The notes beneath the pieces are model-generated. The model did no database searches, was not told where the DNA came from, and saw nothing but the letters and a program-made list of their open reading frames with translations. The position numbers were made by a program, and so were the translations under genes. 64,000 bases of DNA, taken from assembly GCF_040938485.1 (NCBI RefSeq), contig NW_027271750.1, forward strand, positions 1 through 64,000, read 5' to 3'. Shown here piece after piece: positions 11,913-25,200 of this stretch (within the stretch, counting starts at the first letter, position 1; each line of letters opens with the position of its first letter). The DNA comes from Diadema antillarum. Its lineage: Eukaryota.

Positions 11913-12550
11913 TCAACGAGCGATTAACGTTCATGTGTATATTAGGCCCATGCTCGCATTAAAAAAAAAATGCTTGCACTCGAATGGCTTATTTGTAATC
12001 AAACCCTAGTAGAGTTTGAATGTGGACCTGTGAATTCTTTTTGACGGGTTCCATGGCAACCGTTATGTAAACGCTCTGATTTCCCGTCTTGATTAATATT
12101 TGATGTTAATCGATAATGCTTACAGTATACGTCATGTAATGATTACACTCCAACTGAAGCTTTAAACTGCGGAACTTTGGAATACAATATAATACATTAC
12201 ATTTTCTCTCTGGTATCTGTACTTATGGCGCTCTTACAATTACCAGTGAACACTGTCTTATCACAGAAGCGATGAATGAAAGTTTATTGCTTAACAATTC
12301 CTTGTATCCCGTTCGGTATTTACAATTCTAGTACATGTACATCTAGAAAAAAAAATCATATTTTTTCACAATATAAACATCTCATAATTGCAATATTTTA
12401 ACGACCTGACATCTTACATAATAATGACACACAAGCAACACGCATGTATACAAAATAATCTACACTAACAATGTTATCCAAACATTAACCCCAATAATGT
12501 AACTATCGTTTTGCTAACCATGACTCTCTTAATCAGATATCTGGCAAGCA

Positions 12551-13411
12551 ATGACGGCAACGAACTCAACATGGACTACACTTTTCACAGCAACATGGGA
12601 AATTGAGAGGCAATTTGATCCGTTGCCATGGCAACAGTGGATGGACCGTTACGGGAAGACCATGTGGGTCGCCTGTACCTTTCTCTACCTCGTCTTCATT
12701 TTCGGCGGAGAGAGACTTATGCACACCCGTGAGAAATACCAGCTCAGGCAACCACTACTCATCTGGAACGCCTCCCTCGCGGTATTCAGCATGGTTTCGG
12801 CATGGAGATTGTCCATCGCCACGTACGAGTTAGTGTCGCGCCAAAACGCCTGGCATTCCCTCGTCTGCGGTCCAGACTTCTACGCGCGCGGAGGCCACTC
12901 CGCGTTCTGGTTGTTCCTCTTCGCGCTCAGCAAGGTGACAGAGTATGGCGACACCATCTTCATCGTTCTACGAAAAACCAAGCTCATCTTCCTGCACTAC
13001 TTCCACCACATGCTAACCTTTCTCGTAGGCTTTCACACGTTTGCCTTCAGCAACCCGACCCTCTTCATATCGGCGTTGATGAACGTGTATGTACATTCCC
13101 TCATGTACTCGTACTACCTCCTCCGTATACTGGGAGTTCGGGTCCCCAAACGTCTTGCCATGGTGCTCACCACCATTCAAATCATCCAGCTGATCATAGG
13201 AACGTACGTGCAGTTTTACGCTGCTTGGATATTCTTTAAGGGAGGGGCCCCTTGCAACCTAGACCTGTTCGCAGTTGTTGTAGGATCGTTTGGTTACGGG
13301 AGCGTTTGTCTACTGTTCATCGATTTCTTCTATAAGACATACTTCAGTCAAACACATCAAGCCCCGTTTGCCACCACTGGTGTAGAGCGAAAAACACGCA
13401 AAGACAAGTAA
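12551..13411 (+). CDS. ELOVL6: Very-long-chain fatty acid elongase, ELOVL6-like, intronless (286 aa)
   Basis: ELO motifs KVTEYGDT, FLHYFHH (HxxHH), NVYVHSLMYSYY and TTIQIIQ; multiple hydrophobic segments; basic C-terminus. Subfamily assigned by resemblance only. Confidence 0.9.
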   Translation: MTATNSTWTTLFTATWEIERQFDPLPWQQWMDRYGKTMWVACTFLYLVFIFGGERLMHTREKYQLRQPLLIWNASLAVFSMVSAWRLSIATYELVSRQNAWHSLVCGPDFYARGGHSAFWLFLFALSKVTEYGDTIFIVLRKTKLIFLHYFHHMLTFLVGFHTFAFSNPTLFISALMNVYVHSLMYSYYLLRILGVRVPKRLAMVLTTIQIIQLIIGTYVQFYAAWIFFKGGAPCNLDLFAVVVGSFGYGSVCLLFIDFFYKTYFSQTHQAPFATTGVERKTRKDK

Positions 13412-14000
13412 ACATCTCTACGTGCCCAGTGTAGTGTCTCGGTTACCTCAGGATATGGAATAAGAATGAAAATGATTTTAAAAAAATGTCTTTGATTCAA
13501 CAATTTTAAATCATGGCTGTTTTCTATGCATTAACTGCGATGCAACGGTTTTTCTGAAGAAGAAAAAAAAAACACCTGTAACTTTGGAAGAATTATGGGT
13601 TAATTGCCGAAACAATGACGACGAAGGGGAAACAATAAAGATATCATTCAATTTCGTGCAAGCAAGGGAATCTGAAGGAGCTTTCTCCAGTGGGCATCCT
13701 CTGATCAAACTCATGCATGTTTATGTCTATTCGCATTGATGCGCATAATAACCGTCGACCTCGCACAAGTTAAAAAACTTTTATTCCATATGGCTGAAAA
13801 CACGGACTGATTTTTCAAGTCGAAACTTACTTGAGCCGTTTCTGCGGTTCCTTTGGATTCTACTTAGCGAGGTTAACTGGATGGGCCGATAGCCGACTCC
13901 CGTTGTGACGAAGTCCTCGAGACCCGCAGTTTTCTTTCGTTTTAGCAAAATTCTTTAATATCGAAGGGAATTTAACAACAGACTTTAATGATAATTTGGG

Positions 14001-14375
14001 GATTGGCGAATTGCCCTATATCGACGTAAATATGCACAGAATTGATCAGTGTTTTTAGCAGTAACCATGATAAAAGATTTACTCATAGGCATACGTACTC
14101 GAGCAAGATTCTAATCTATACGACCTCTTGACCTCCGGACAATATCTTGACGGAAGAGGAATTTGAATAATCACGCAGTACACGCTGCACTTGATGTCTT
14201 CATAGCGGAAGCTCGATGTTCTAGTGGAGACGACGCCTGTCCGGAGATCAGGAGGTCGTAGGTTCGAATTCTGCAAGAGTACGTACTCCCATAATTTCTT
14301 TTTTATCACGGCTCCTACTAAAAACACTGATCAATTCAGTGCTTATTTACGTCGATATAGAGCAAATCGTCAATC
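14001..14375. mobile_element. Back-to-back inverted dimer of a tRNA-derived SINE-like unit
   Basis: 14001-14140 aligns as reverse complement to 14239-14375. The right arm has an A-box-like TAGTGG (14222-14227) and a B-box GGTTCGAAT (14261-14269). Confidence 0.7.
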
Positions 14376-15232
14376 AGTTGCAATGACAATATTTTGACAA
14401 AAGAATTTCATGAATCTGAATAATTTTTGGACCTGAATATTTATTCGTTGTAACGATATTTTGTTATTTCCATGTTCGTTGAAACACAGGCACCCTGCAT
14501 ACCTCACATTAGCTTCACCGTGTATTTGCACAAATATCGCTTGATTTTCGTTATGCATTGTGTTTTTAAGAACTTGTCTAAATTGTATCCGTTTCTATAA
14601 TGTAGTGTATATACAGGTTAACGAGCTGGGGCGTGATCCCTCGATATTGAAAGTTTCGCGGGACTCTTATGCAAAACCCTCCTGTACAACTCTTTTGTTA
14701 TTCCCAAAAACTGAATAGGATCGTGCCTCGAATAAACTTCATCGTATATTTGACTACAGATACCTTTGTTCAGCCATTTCTTACCATCTCCTCCTTCCCT
14801 ATGGTGATATTCACATAAAACAATGGCGAAACGAGGATAATTATCATCCAGTAACCCCATAAGAACGTCAGGATGCAATATTTTAGTACAGCTATCATAC
14901 TGTATTACTAACTAGTCAAACTAACCAAACACCAAGTGTGTCAATACGATTAATGTATTTTTAAGTATAAGGGAGGGTGAGGTTGTATACAAGACCCTGT
15001 AGATGGCAATAACGGGGTGTATCTAGTCGCCTACACAACAATCAATTATGAACTTAACTATCCTATAGAATCCCATATATATACATATACATGGGATTCA
15101 GCAAAGTTTTGGTAACTCCTAACGTGGTGTCGCCGTTTTTCTTTTGGCCATTGATTTGGTATCTGAACAGTTCTAATATATTATATGTATAAAGTATAAT
15201 GTATATATCTGTATATATATTTCTACATACTG

Positions 15233-15234
<2 letters not shown>

Positions 15235-15311
<77 letters not shown>
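15235..15311. repeat. Compound (TA)n(TG)n microsatellite
   Basis: Directly visible. Confidence 0.95.
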
Positions 15312-15315
<4 letters not shown>

Positions 15316-16825
15316 AGGGAAAGCAAAACAAGAAACAAACTAGCATACACTAACACAAAAACATATGCATTATACATATATGCAATCATCATTGTGCCTT
15401 ACATTTTGACCACTGTAATACGATTAAAAATTGTATGGTTGCGTTGCACCCTTCTGTCTTTCTAAAGTTGTTTCTATATCGTATAGTGTTAGATTTGATA
15501 AGTTGACGTTATGAATCGGTCGGCAGAGTTTTACTAGATATCGAAGATAATCATTCGTATATGATTTCAAAGGTCACGATGTCCAGAGTAGTTGAATACC
15601 CATTTGCAATTTGCAGAGGCACCAATTTTGTTTGCACAATCATTATGCATCGTCACCAAGATATGAATTATAGGATTACAACAAGTTATTGTGTTAAGCT
15701 TTCAATGCATCTTTGCAGTGATACAGGTCAGTAAACGAGTTCAACGACCGATGAAAATATGTATCTCAATCATATGATCTTATTTATCCAAATTTGCTTG
15801 ACCTTTGCAATCACCATTATTATTTTTTTTTTTAGTTTCCCATACACCTGTAAACTTGTATCGAAGCCGAGTTGTGGCTTTTTTGTCTCTTGAAAATGCG
15901 ATCTCTTAAAACGTGAACTCTGCACTATAGGTACCTATTATGCCACCTACAAAACTAAAACATTAATAGTGTATGACAAAGGCATTCGGGAACGGACGAC
16001 ACACACACACACACACACACACACTCATACATACAGAGAAGAGAGAGAGGGAGAGAGAGATGAATATACATGTGATTATTATACATCGTTAGCATCAATA
16101 AAGTATTGAAATTTGAGCCATCCCGTCCTAATGGATGAGCTAAAATTGATATTGTAAACACATTCACATTTATGGAGCTACTATATAGTAAACGTCCAGT
16201 TTTTTTTAAGTCATTTGGGAGTTCGATCAGATTTTATTACATGTATATGATTTGTATGGCTAAGTTATAAATGGATTTAAACGTGACAACTCCTGCAATG
16301 GGTTGGCAAAACAATGAAAGATGTTAATCTGAAATATCTGAGGGAAGGTTTGGAATGCGTTTTCGTTTTGATGATAAAAAGGGATAATAAACCCAATTTC
16401 AAATCGCCTGAATCGTCTTTGTTTTGTAGCAGAGCTATTTTGAAGCTATCTTTATAACCCATTTATTCTACTTTTTAGTTACTAATGAGTTTCTGTGTTT
16501 TTCAGTTTCAGTTTCACAATGTTTTCACTGATCTGTTCTCTGTTGCAACCACTGATTATGCAAACCCAATGTGAGTAATTCGGTGATTTCATTGCTTCGG
16601 CAGTATCCTAATTACACACAAACAAAATATTCTTTGAACTAATAATCAAACGAATGTGCATACTTAATGATTTCAAAAAGAATGACTTGTATACTCATAA
16701 ATGTGTCAGATACTGCACAAAATATAAAACGGTCGTCACATAGCAATTATGACTTTCAGAAGGAGTTAAGCAATAGGTAGGACTGCTGTAGTCGCCAAAT
16801 CATAGTCAACCAAAAACCACAAAAA

Positions 16826-16971
16826 NNNNNNNNNNNNNNNNNNNNNNNNNNNNNNNNNNNNNNNNNNNNNNNNNNNNNNNNNNNNNNNNNNNNNNNNNNN
16901 NNNNNNNNNNNNNNNNNNNNNNNNNNNNNNNNNNNNNNNNNNNNNNNNNNNNNNNNNNNNNNNNNNNNNNN
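16826..16971. other. Assembly gap (146 N)
   Basis: Run of N. Confidence 1.
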
Positions 16972-17720
16972 TGAGATCCCATTTTGAAATCTTCGCAAGC
17001 AGTAATTTGCACTTGATGTGGAATTTTTCTTATTTAATTTATATTTTTTTACCTTCTAAGTTTTAAATCAAAGGCATAAATATTTGCAAATAAATAATAC
17101 TCGCCGTATAGGAATCAAAATAACAAAAAAAGTAAGCACTTGTGATCACGATAGACATGTTTCGACATGTGAGCAGCTGATTCTTTGATTTTATGTCATA
17201 ACTTTGAAACTCCATATACGTACTGTACCTTTTTTGCATGACAGACGTGTTTGATTATTGTATTGCATGTAATTATTGCACTGCATTCAGATTACATTAC
17301 GCAGTAACTTACAAATAAAAGCGACTCTGAGCAAAAGTAAGATTACAAGAATAAAAGGATCGCTTGATACGTGCTATATTGGAAGGAAGACCCCATCTCA
17401 GAAGAACGGGTCTGATACGTACACGGCGAACGCGATTTCTGTCAAGGGGAGAGATGAAAATGAATTACCGGTACATTGTACTAGCATCTACCGGTACCTA
17501 GCATCCGCAGCCATTAGCAAGAACGAGCCACATTTTTTATGTTGAACATGCACTACATTATATCGTGATTACTCTAGTTCTTTGTCCAGATCTTTCAGTT
17601 ATGTGCATACGTAGGTTCGCCTCAGCTGAATTTCTGATATGCTATTGTGGAAGGAATATCCATAAATCTCCGACGAAAGACCCGCTCTTCAAGCCGTTCC
17701 ATTGTTATCGTTTGTATAGT

Positions 17721-17773
17721 GTCACATGACTGGTGGGAGGGCACGTGGTTTGTTGTAAAACGGGATCATGTGA
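17721..17773 (+). promoter_or_regulatory. Cluster of E-box/M-box (CLEAR-like) motifs upstream of cathepsin A
   Basis: GTCACATGAC 17721-17730, CACGTG 17742-17747 and TCATGTGA 17766-17773, 255-307 bp before the ATG. Confidence 0.5.
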
Positions 17774-18027
17774 TTAGAGACAGCACAATCGCATAGGCAT
17801 CGCACACTCAACTCTCCACCATGGCCATGCTCATTAGTCCCTAGGCCCATAGGAAAGCGAAAAGGAAGCTCAGATCAAGAACTCCGAATCTTGATGACTT
17901 GTAGCAGGTAAATAAATCTTATGCCGAGTCGATCGAGAGTTGGACGAGAGCTGAGAGAGAAAGGTAGTGTGTGTCACGTACAAAATACTGGACGAGGAGA
18001 TAGATTAGAAGGCTCAAAGAAACAAAG

Positions 18028-21000
18028 ATGAGTCTACTTTTTGGCATCGCGTTGTTTTCCATCATCGCGAGCAGTGGCTTCGCTGCGTACACGCCCGACC
18101 AAGTCACTAATCTCCCCGGCCTGAAGACCCAGCCGAGTTTTCGTCACTTCTCAGGCTACCTGAATGCATCGGCGGAAAAGAAGCTCCACTACTGGTAAGT
18201 TCTTATTTTCCCCCACTATTTTATAGTTTGCATTTTTCTTTAATTAGCCGTTCAGCATGTTGCAATTTGAGGGTCCACACCATTCATTTATCATAGCGAC
18301 AAAGTCTAAACCGTGTTGTCGCAATTTTTGTTGTCACATCACTTCCGCAATGATCCAAATCATTGCAGTGAATGCCAATCCTCGGAAATTTAATGATTAC
18401 CTGTTAATTTAAAAAAAAAACATAACAAAGACATCAAAGTTTGATTTATCCAAGACTTCAAGATGAAATATAAAATGGTATTCACTGCACTAGGCATGGC
18501 CTGGTCAGTCAGCAAGTATAGACATCAGGGATGTGCTCTAAACTCATTGGAACCCTGTTTACTGACGACTACTGATATCTTCACCTTTCATATGTATTCT
18601 TTTATTCATTATGGAATGTATGGGGGTGTGCTGGGTTATAGCTACATGTATTTCTTATATATGCCCTTACTATCATCTGATCATTCTCAATGTCTTATTC
18701 AACCAAGCTAAGAAATTGTATTGTAAAATTTAGTCCCAATTTGAAAATGTATACTTATGTCAGTTATGAAATGTATGTCACATTATCCAGATTTCACAAT
18801 GAATATAATAAGCGCAAAGCTCGAGTGCACACAATGCATGAATACAGGCTCTTTCCAGCTAGACTGGAAGTATCTGTCTCTACACAGGGGGCTTCTTGTC
18901 TGACGTTGGGACATGTATGGTCACCGTGGGGGGGGGGGGGGGGGGGGGGAGGGGGGCTGACCATACATGTCCCAATGTCAGACAAGAAGCCCCCTGTGTA
19001 GAGACAGATACCATTGGTCTAGGACACAGCATACCTGTCTGCCTAGCTTGCCTGATCAAAAACATGCATGATGATGCTTCATGGGATGTATGATATCTTT
19101 ATTTCAATTACAAATTTCTTATGCAAAATTCAAAAACAACATCTCTGTGAATATCATTCTCAAGAGATTTAGAAACCAATAGAGGGGAACACAGGTGGTG
19201 ATATCATTTCATCTACTATGCACACAATTATTATGTGGTTCTGACCGGTGACCGATGGTATCATTTCTAGGAAATGTGTCAACTGATGAAGTTCCATAAT
19301 TTTTTAGTTTATTGACTGATTTCAGTGACATTTTTTCCACTCTTTTAGATGTTGCTCTTTTTAATAATTTAATGATGAATATATCACAGTAATATTTTTA
19401 TGATTATTTATTTGGCATTTGCAGTTTTACCAAGTGAACAATAAAAAACAAACAAACTAAACAAGCATTATACTATTATACAGGATAAGAAGTCATAATA
19501 GTCAACATAATTGTTATATGGCTTTGAATGACACCCTGCCTGAGCTTATTACAGATGATTGGGTTTTCCCCCCATAATTGTGTATAGCAGTTGAGTCATT
19601 ATTTTTTGTGCTCTCTATTTACCAGGTTTGTGGAGTCTCAGAATGACCCGGCTAATGACCCTGTGGTTCTGTGGATGAATGGGGGCCCTGGTTGCAGCTC
19701 CATGGACGGCATGCTAACCGAGCTCGGTCCCTTTCATGTGGGTGTTCCTCGTAGTAGAAATCAAATTACTGTAGAATTAAATGAACAACATATCGGTACA
19801 TGTATTTTAAAAAATCAAAGTCAGACCAAACATATATTTGGAAATTGTGAATGATTAAAAGCAGTTTTTTTTTTTTTTTTGCAATTCCTGTTCAGCTAGT
19901 GACACATGGGTTGCATGTAAATTTTGAGGACTTTCCATTGAGATCTACTATAATGCAAGGGTTTACTAACATAAATTTGTACCTATGGATGTACATTCCG
20001 TCCTGATGTAATAACAAGTTATTCTATTAACCCGTACATCAAAAATGCTTTTCAATACTTGGACTCCTCTTTGTGTACGTTAGTTGTTGCTACAGTGGGC
20101 AAACGTTGGGCAAGCTTACAGGTTGTCAAAAAGAAGAAATGTCAGAAAGGCATCATGCATGAAATTTGAATATGTTAGTAAACCAGTCTAGAAGAGCTCC
20201 GCATCGATGAATAAACTCTCCTACTATCCCAACAGGTGAATCCCGATGGTGAAACTCTGTACATGAACGAGTACAGCTGGAGCACCAAGGCCAACATGAT
20301 CTTCCTTGAGGCTCCTGCTGGGGTGGGGTACTCTTACTCTCCTGACAAACAGTATGCCACTGATGATGACAAGGTAAATCATTTGCATGATGTGTGTTTC
20401 TGAGACTACACTTTTAGTTGTTTTGTTGTCAGTAATTGTATTTCATGGACAATTGCATATGCAAAAGTGAAAGCGAAACCCATTGAAAAGGAAAGATTAG
20501 AGGAAAGATTGTGTTTAATGACTGTTACATCTTTTTCTTGTCTTAGTCTCAGAACGTAGTTAACCTTGAAATATGAGGTACATCTCAAGTACATACCTGG
20601 TAATGTACCTCACAATACCTCACAATGTACAATATCTCACAATGTACGTTTATGATGCAAGAACGTACTGTAGTTGTGCCTCAAGTAGGTCACGATACTG
20701 AAAACAAAGAGGAAGAGCTATTTTAAGTGGACTGTTATGGACTGCAGTACTTTCTCTTATTTGTGCTGTGCAATTTGTTCATATAAAAGGAACAAAAGAT
20801 GTGAAAGCATGCTTATTGCCCCATTGTGTTGGTGTTCATTTCCTGTTTTGTCCTGTTTCTTGTTTACCTTCTCTCACCTTCGATTTTTCTCTTTCTATTA
20901 TTCTTCTATCTGTTTCCTTATCTTTTTTTTTTTAATTTCCTCTCTCACTCTTTCTCTTTTAAATTTTTCTTTTGTTTATATCTGTTGTCTTTTCTATTTC

Positions 21001-22175
21001 TCTGGAAACATCCGACCAGGTGTCAATGGATAACTACTTAGCGCTGCAGAGTTTCTTCAAGAAATTCCCCGAGTATGCTTCCAATGAGTTTTATGTGACT
21101 GGCGAAAGCTATGCGGGAATTTACGTGCCCACCCTCTCTCTTCGTATCCTTCAAGGGAATGCGACCATCAATATGAAGGTAAATAATATAATATTCAGTC
21201 AATACCCAGGAGGGTGCTACATAGCTTTATGTTACCACATGCCCAGTTGGGGCAAGGAGATTTTCAAATTTGCTGCAAAACACTTGCCCGGATATTAGTT
21301 TTACTTGCCTGAAAAGAAAGTCCAAGATATAAGGAAATAATATAGAAAATCATGTGTTGGTCAAGGGCTTAGTAAAGCACAGTCATTTGAATAAACAGCA
21401 CACATTGATTCGCATGCTAACAATGGAGTAACAAACTTGGTCCGATTAAGTGTTGCCGTTGCTGCATTGCATTGCATTGCATTAGGGCTTCTTCATTTAA
21501 GTAATGGAAAGCTGTTGCAGTGAAATATAAAAGTGTGTTGCATCAATAAACAGCCAATTGTCTTTGGGCTTTTGTATGGTTGACTTTGTGGGTTTAGTGG
21601 GGGAATAAGTGAAAAAAAGATGGCTTTAAATCTTTTTTGCTTGCCCAATTAGGGCAATCATTTGTTCTCATTGTTCCAAAACACTTGCCCGAATTGGATT
21701 TTCACTTGCCCAGGGCAATCGGGCAAGTGCTTATGTAGCTCCCTGCCCAGTAACATGTTCAGCAATGCTCCACTTGTAAAGTGTGAAATATCAAAGACTT
21801 CAAAAACAAAACACTTTGTAATATCAGCATACTCTCTGTTCAGATTTATAAATAGTACAAATCATGTATGTGGTATGGATTAAAGTTATGCTTTCACAGC
21901 ATACTTTCTTAATAATGTTGTGGCATATGTATGTGTATAGGGTGTTTCAGTGCTGAGTGTGGAGAGCAAGAAATACTCCAATGTGTATGCTCAACTATGT
22001 ATTAAAAGCGAGCAAGTAGGGAGGGTTTGTGCTTGAGTTCTCAGTGCTCTCATGTTTAGGTATTTTGAAGAGAAAGTCAAGGAATCTCAGATTGGGATAA
22101 CAGACATTTACATTTTTTCTCATCCGAAGGAGTCAGAAGTTGCTTTCATCAGCTTTTAGAGATGATGACTTCCTG

Positions 22176-22207
<32 letters not shown>

Positions 22208-25200
22208 ATTCCTTCACAGGCCAAAAGTCATACTCAAACATCTGCATGTTCTCCTAACCATTGCAGGGCTTTGCTATTGGGAATGGAATCACCAACTTTG
22301 ATACCAATACAGATTCCCTCATCTACTTTGCCTACTACCACGGCCTCCTCGGGCTTGAGTAAGTGACTGTCAACATGCTTGTAAAATATAGGAGGATTGC
22401 CTTTTGCTGTGTTTATCAACTTTCCAATGTTTGAAGCCTGATTCAATACCCACTGTCAAAATGCATTTGCAAACGTCTTTCAGATTGCATTTCTTGAGTT
22501 GTTGCACTTATCAACTCAAATCTGTCGTGAGTCGATTGGGAGGCCTTGTCATTGTGCAGCTCCATTTTGCAGTTTGACCCAAGGAGCGGAGATGTGTAGT
22601 TGGCAGTGGTTGGGATGGGCAGGTCTGAGCTGTAAACACGTTTATCAACCCTACAGAAATTTGTGTTTGGCGCAAACATGTTTGCAATCACACTTTTTTT
22701 GCCATGTCAGAAACATGTTTCTAGCTCTATAATCAATCAAAACAGCTCTGCTTTTATCAACTGCCCAAAACTCCCTGAAATTTGTGTGGAAACCTTGATT
22801 CTGCACCAAAAATGAGATGATAAGATGTACCCTTAGAAGTACAATGTATGTGATAGTGTTTAAGTCTTTCTATTGTACATGACTAAAAGGAGAATGTTTA
22901 CCTTGGAGCAAAGGATACTTACTGGTATTATGATTGATAGCAATATATGAGAAGCAAGAAGAGATAAAGATATTTGAGTCAAATGAGATATCTGTTCAGA
23001 AATAGTCAGAAAATGATGGTGAATGGAATGCTAGTGAGTCATGAAAATAGAATCCAGTGAGGGCCTTTTCCAGGAGCTGTTTTTATCTCACAATGTGATC
23101 ACATAAAGCTCTTCATACATTTTAGTAAATTGCTATGACTGGTGTCATATTTCTGCACAAGAGACATAACTGGCCCAGCACCTCGAAAACCTCAACAGTT
23201 CACAATTTTTGGTCAATGCCAGATTCTGAAGAGGAGATTTTCAGCTGTAAAATGAAATGTTGTTTATCAAACTTGGCTGTTCTTAGCCCACCGAAATACA
23301 TGTATGTGACTGAAAGGTAAACATAAAGGAATGCTACTTGAGAAAATTGGATATGAAGTCAAGGATCAGTACGTGTACACTGACTTGCCATCCATAGTGT
23401 ATGGAACAAAGGGGGATTAAAAAATGAACAGCAACTGCAGGGTAGGGAATGTAGTGCTTTGTATCAGATTATCTGAAAACTTGGTACAATCATTGACAGC
23501 ATACTGTTTGGGGTCATGTTAACATATATCTAGGCTACAGCTTAGTATAGGGGAATTTACCACACTGTACAGTCAGATTCAGTTAGTGTCGAAAAATTAA
23601 TCGCACACACCAGTGAATTTTAAGGAAATTTGGAGAAGTTGTTCAGAAGTTGTAAAATAAATTTGCAAATCTTTAATTCCAGCCTGGTGCAGTCATGGCT
23701 GGATTAGAAGGTTACAACAATATGTAATACTAAAAACTACGAAAAAATTACCCACCTTTGTTTTTTGTTCACATGATATAGAAACTTATTGCAATTTATT
23801 TGTAGCATTTGATAACACAATGGATCCGTCTACTGTAAAACAAGATATTTTCGCGGCATGACATTTTTGTGAATTGGAGCCAACGGCCTTTTTTGCAACA
23901 TGAAATTTTCGCGGGTTGCCTCTAGCTTTCAATGCATATAGTGGAGACAAGAACTTTCGCATGTATATTAATTTTCGCAATTCTTGGTTCTCGCGAAATT
24001 CACAAAATCAAAATGCACGTGAGCATTCCTTGTTTTACAGTATGCAAGCTACATGCTTTACTGTCTCTTCATGTTTAGATATTATCATTTATATGATATG
24101 AACTTTGATATCTCCCCCCCCCCCCACACACACACACACCTTCTACTAGCTTATGGAAGAGCCTGACTGAAAACTGCTGCAATGGAACCAAGTGTGTTTT
24201 TTCGAAGACAACGAGTAGCACGTGTTACACATACGTAAGTCACATATTTACTCTGTATCACTCTCCTGTGCACCAATTTTAAATTGGAAAAAACAATGAC
24301 ATTCAGTTCAGACCACTAGGATCTGCTTTTAGTAAAAGTTGATTAAAAAAAAATAGATACTGATTTATGAATATCACATTTGTGTGTATTTTCTTGTCAC
24401 ATTGATTGACACCTATAATAATTTATCGGAAGACCTCATCTAGCAGTGATGATAACGTAAGTGCCAGTCTGTCAGAGGCAATTCGTTTGCAAAGCAAGGT
24501 GTAGAATGTAATTCAGTGCTATTTTTTATCTTATATGAAAGTGATTTTTTATTCGTATACTCTCTCTTTCTCTCTCTTTGTGTATATCATGTAATATGAC
24601 ATCTTTGATATGCTTCTTTAACCTTCTTATCAAGCTGGGCTTTTTGGCTGTGCTTTATGTTGGGGGGGGGGGGGGAGGGTTCCTGTTTTTAGAGCAATTC
24701 CATGGAACCTGAACAATATGAAAGCTGTCCATGAATATACTTGTCCTTGATTAATTTGATAAGTGAGGATGTAAAGTCCCTCATCATGTGCGTGAACAGT
24801 AGATGATAAGAAAATGATGCAATGCATTTGATTTGGTATCAATTTGATGTAGCCTTTGTTATGTGGAACAAAAATTTGAATACTTTACTAGTCATATGGA
24901 TCTTCACTGTTAAAAGTGATAACAAATATCAGAGTTTGAATTTTTGTGAAAAGTGGCTTCAGATAAAAGACTGTCTAGAACTGTTTTCTCAAACCAAGTT
25001 TATCATGCTTCTGGTAATCATTTCTAGAGTCAGAGCCATGCTGATCATAGAATGAGTTAACTTCCTGTTAATTTCCAGAAGTTTGAGCATGTGGTCATAC
25101 TACCAACAATAGTATGTGTAGTTCAGTGACACAAAATCATCTGTAGTTTTGGTCTTTAAAACCATGGACCTTTTGTTGTAGGTCCATGGTAAAACGTACT

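Noticed and set aside
14211-14280. Functional tRNA gene
   Set aside because: The D-arm and anticodon loop are irregular, the acceptor stem is short, and it is embedded in a repeat; better read as a SINE head.
14618-14878. 86-aa minus-strand ORF with protein-like composition
   Set aside because: No motif I can recognise and no exon partners found; needs a database search.
16756-17012. ORFs running through Ns (also 38588-38779)
   Set aside because: Artefacts of assembly gaps.
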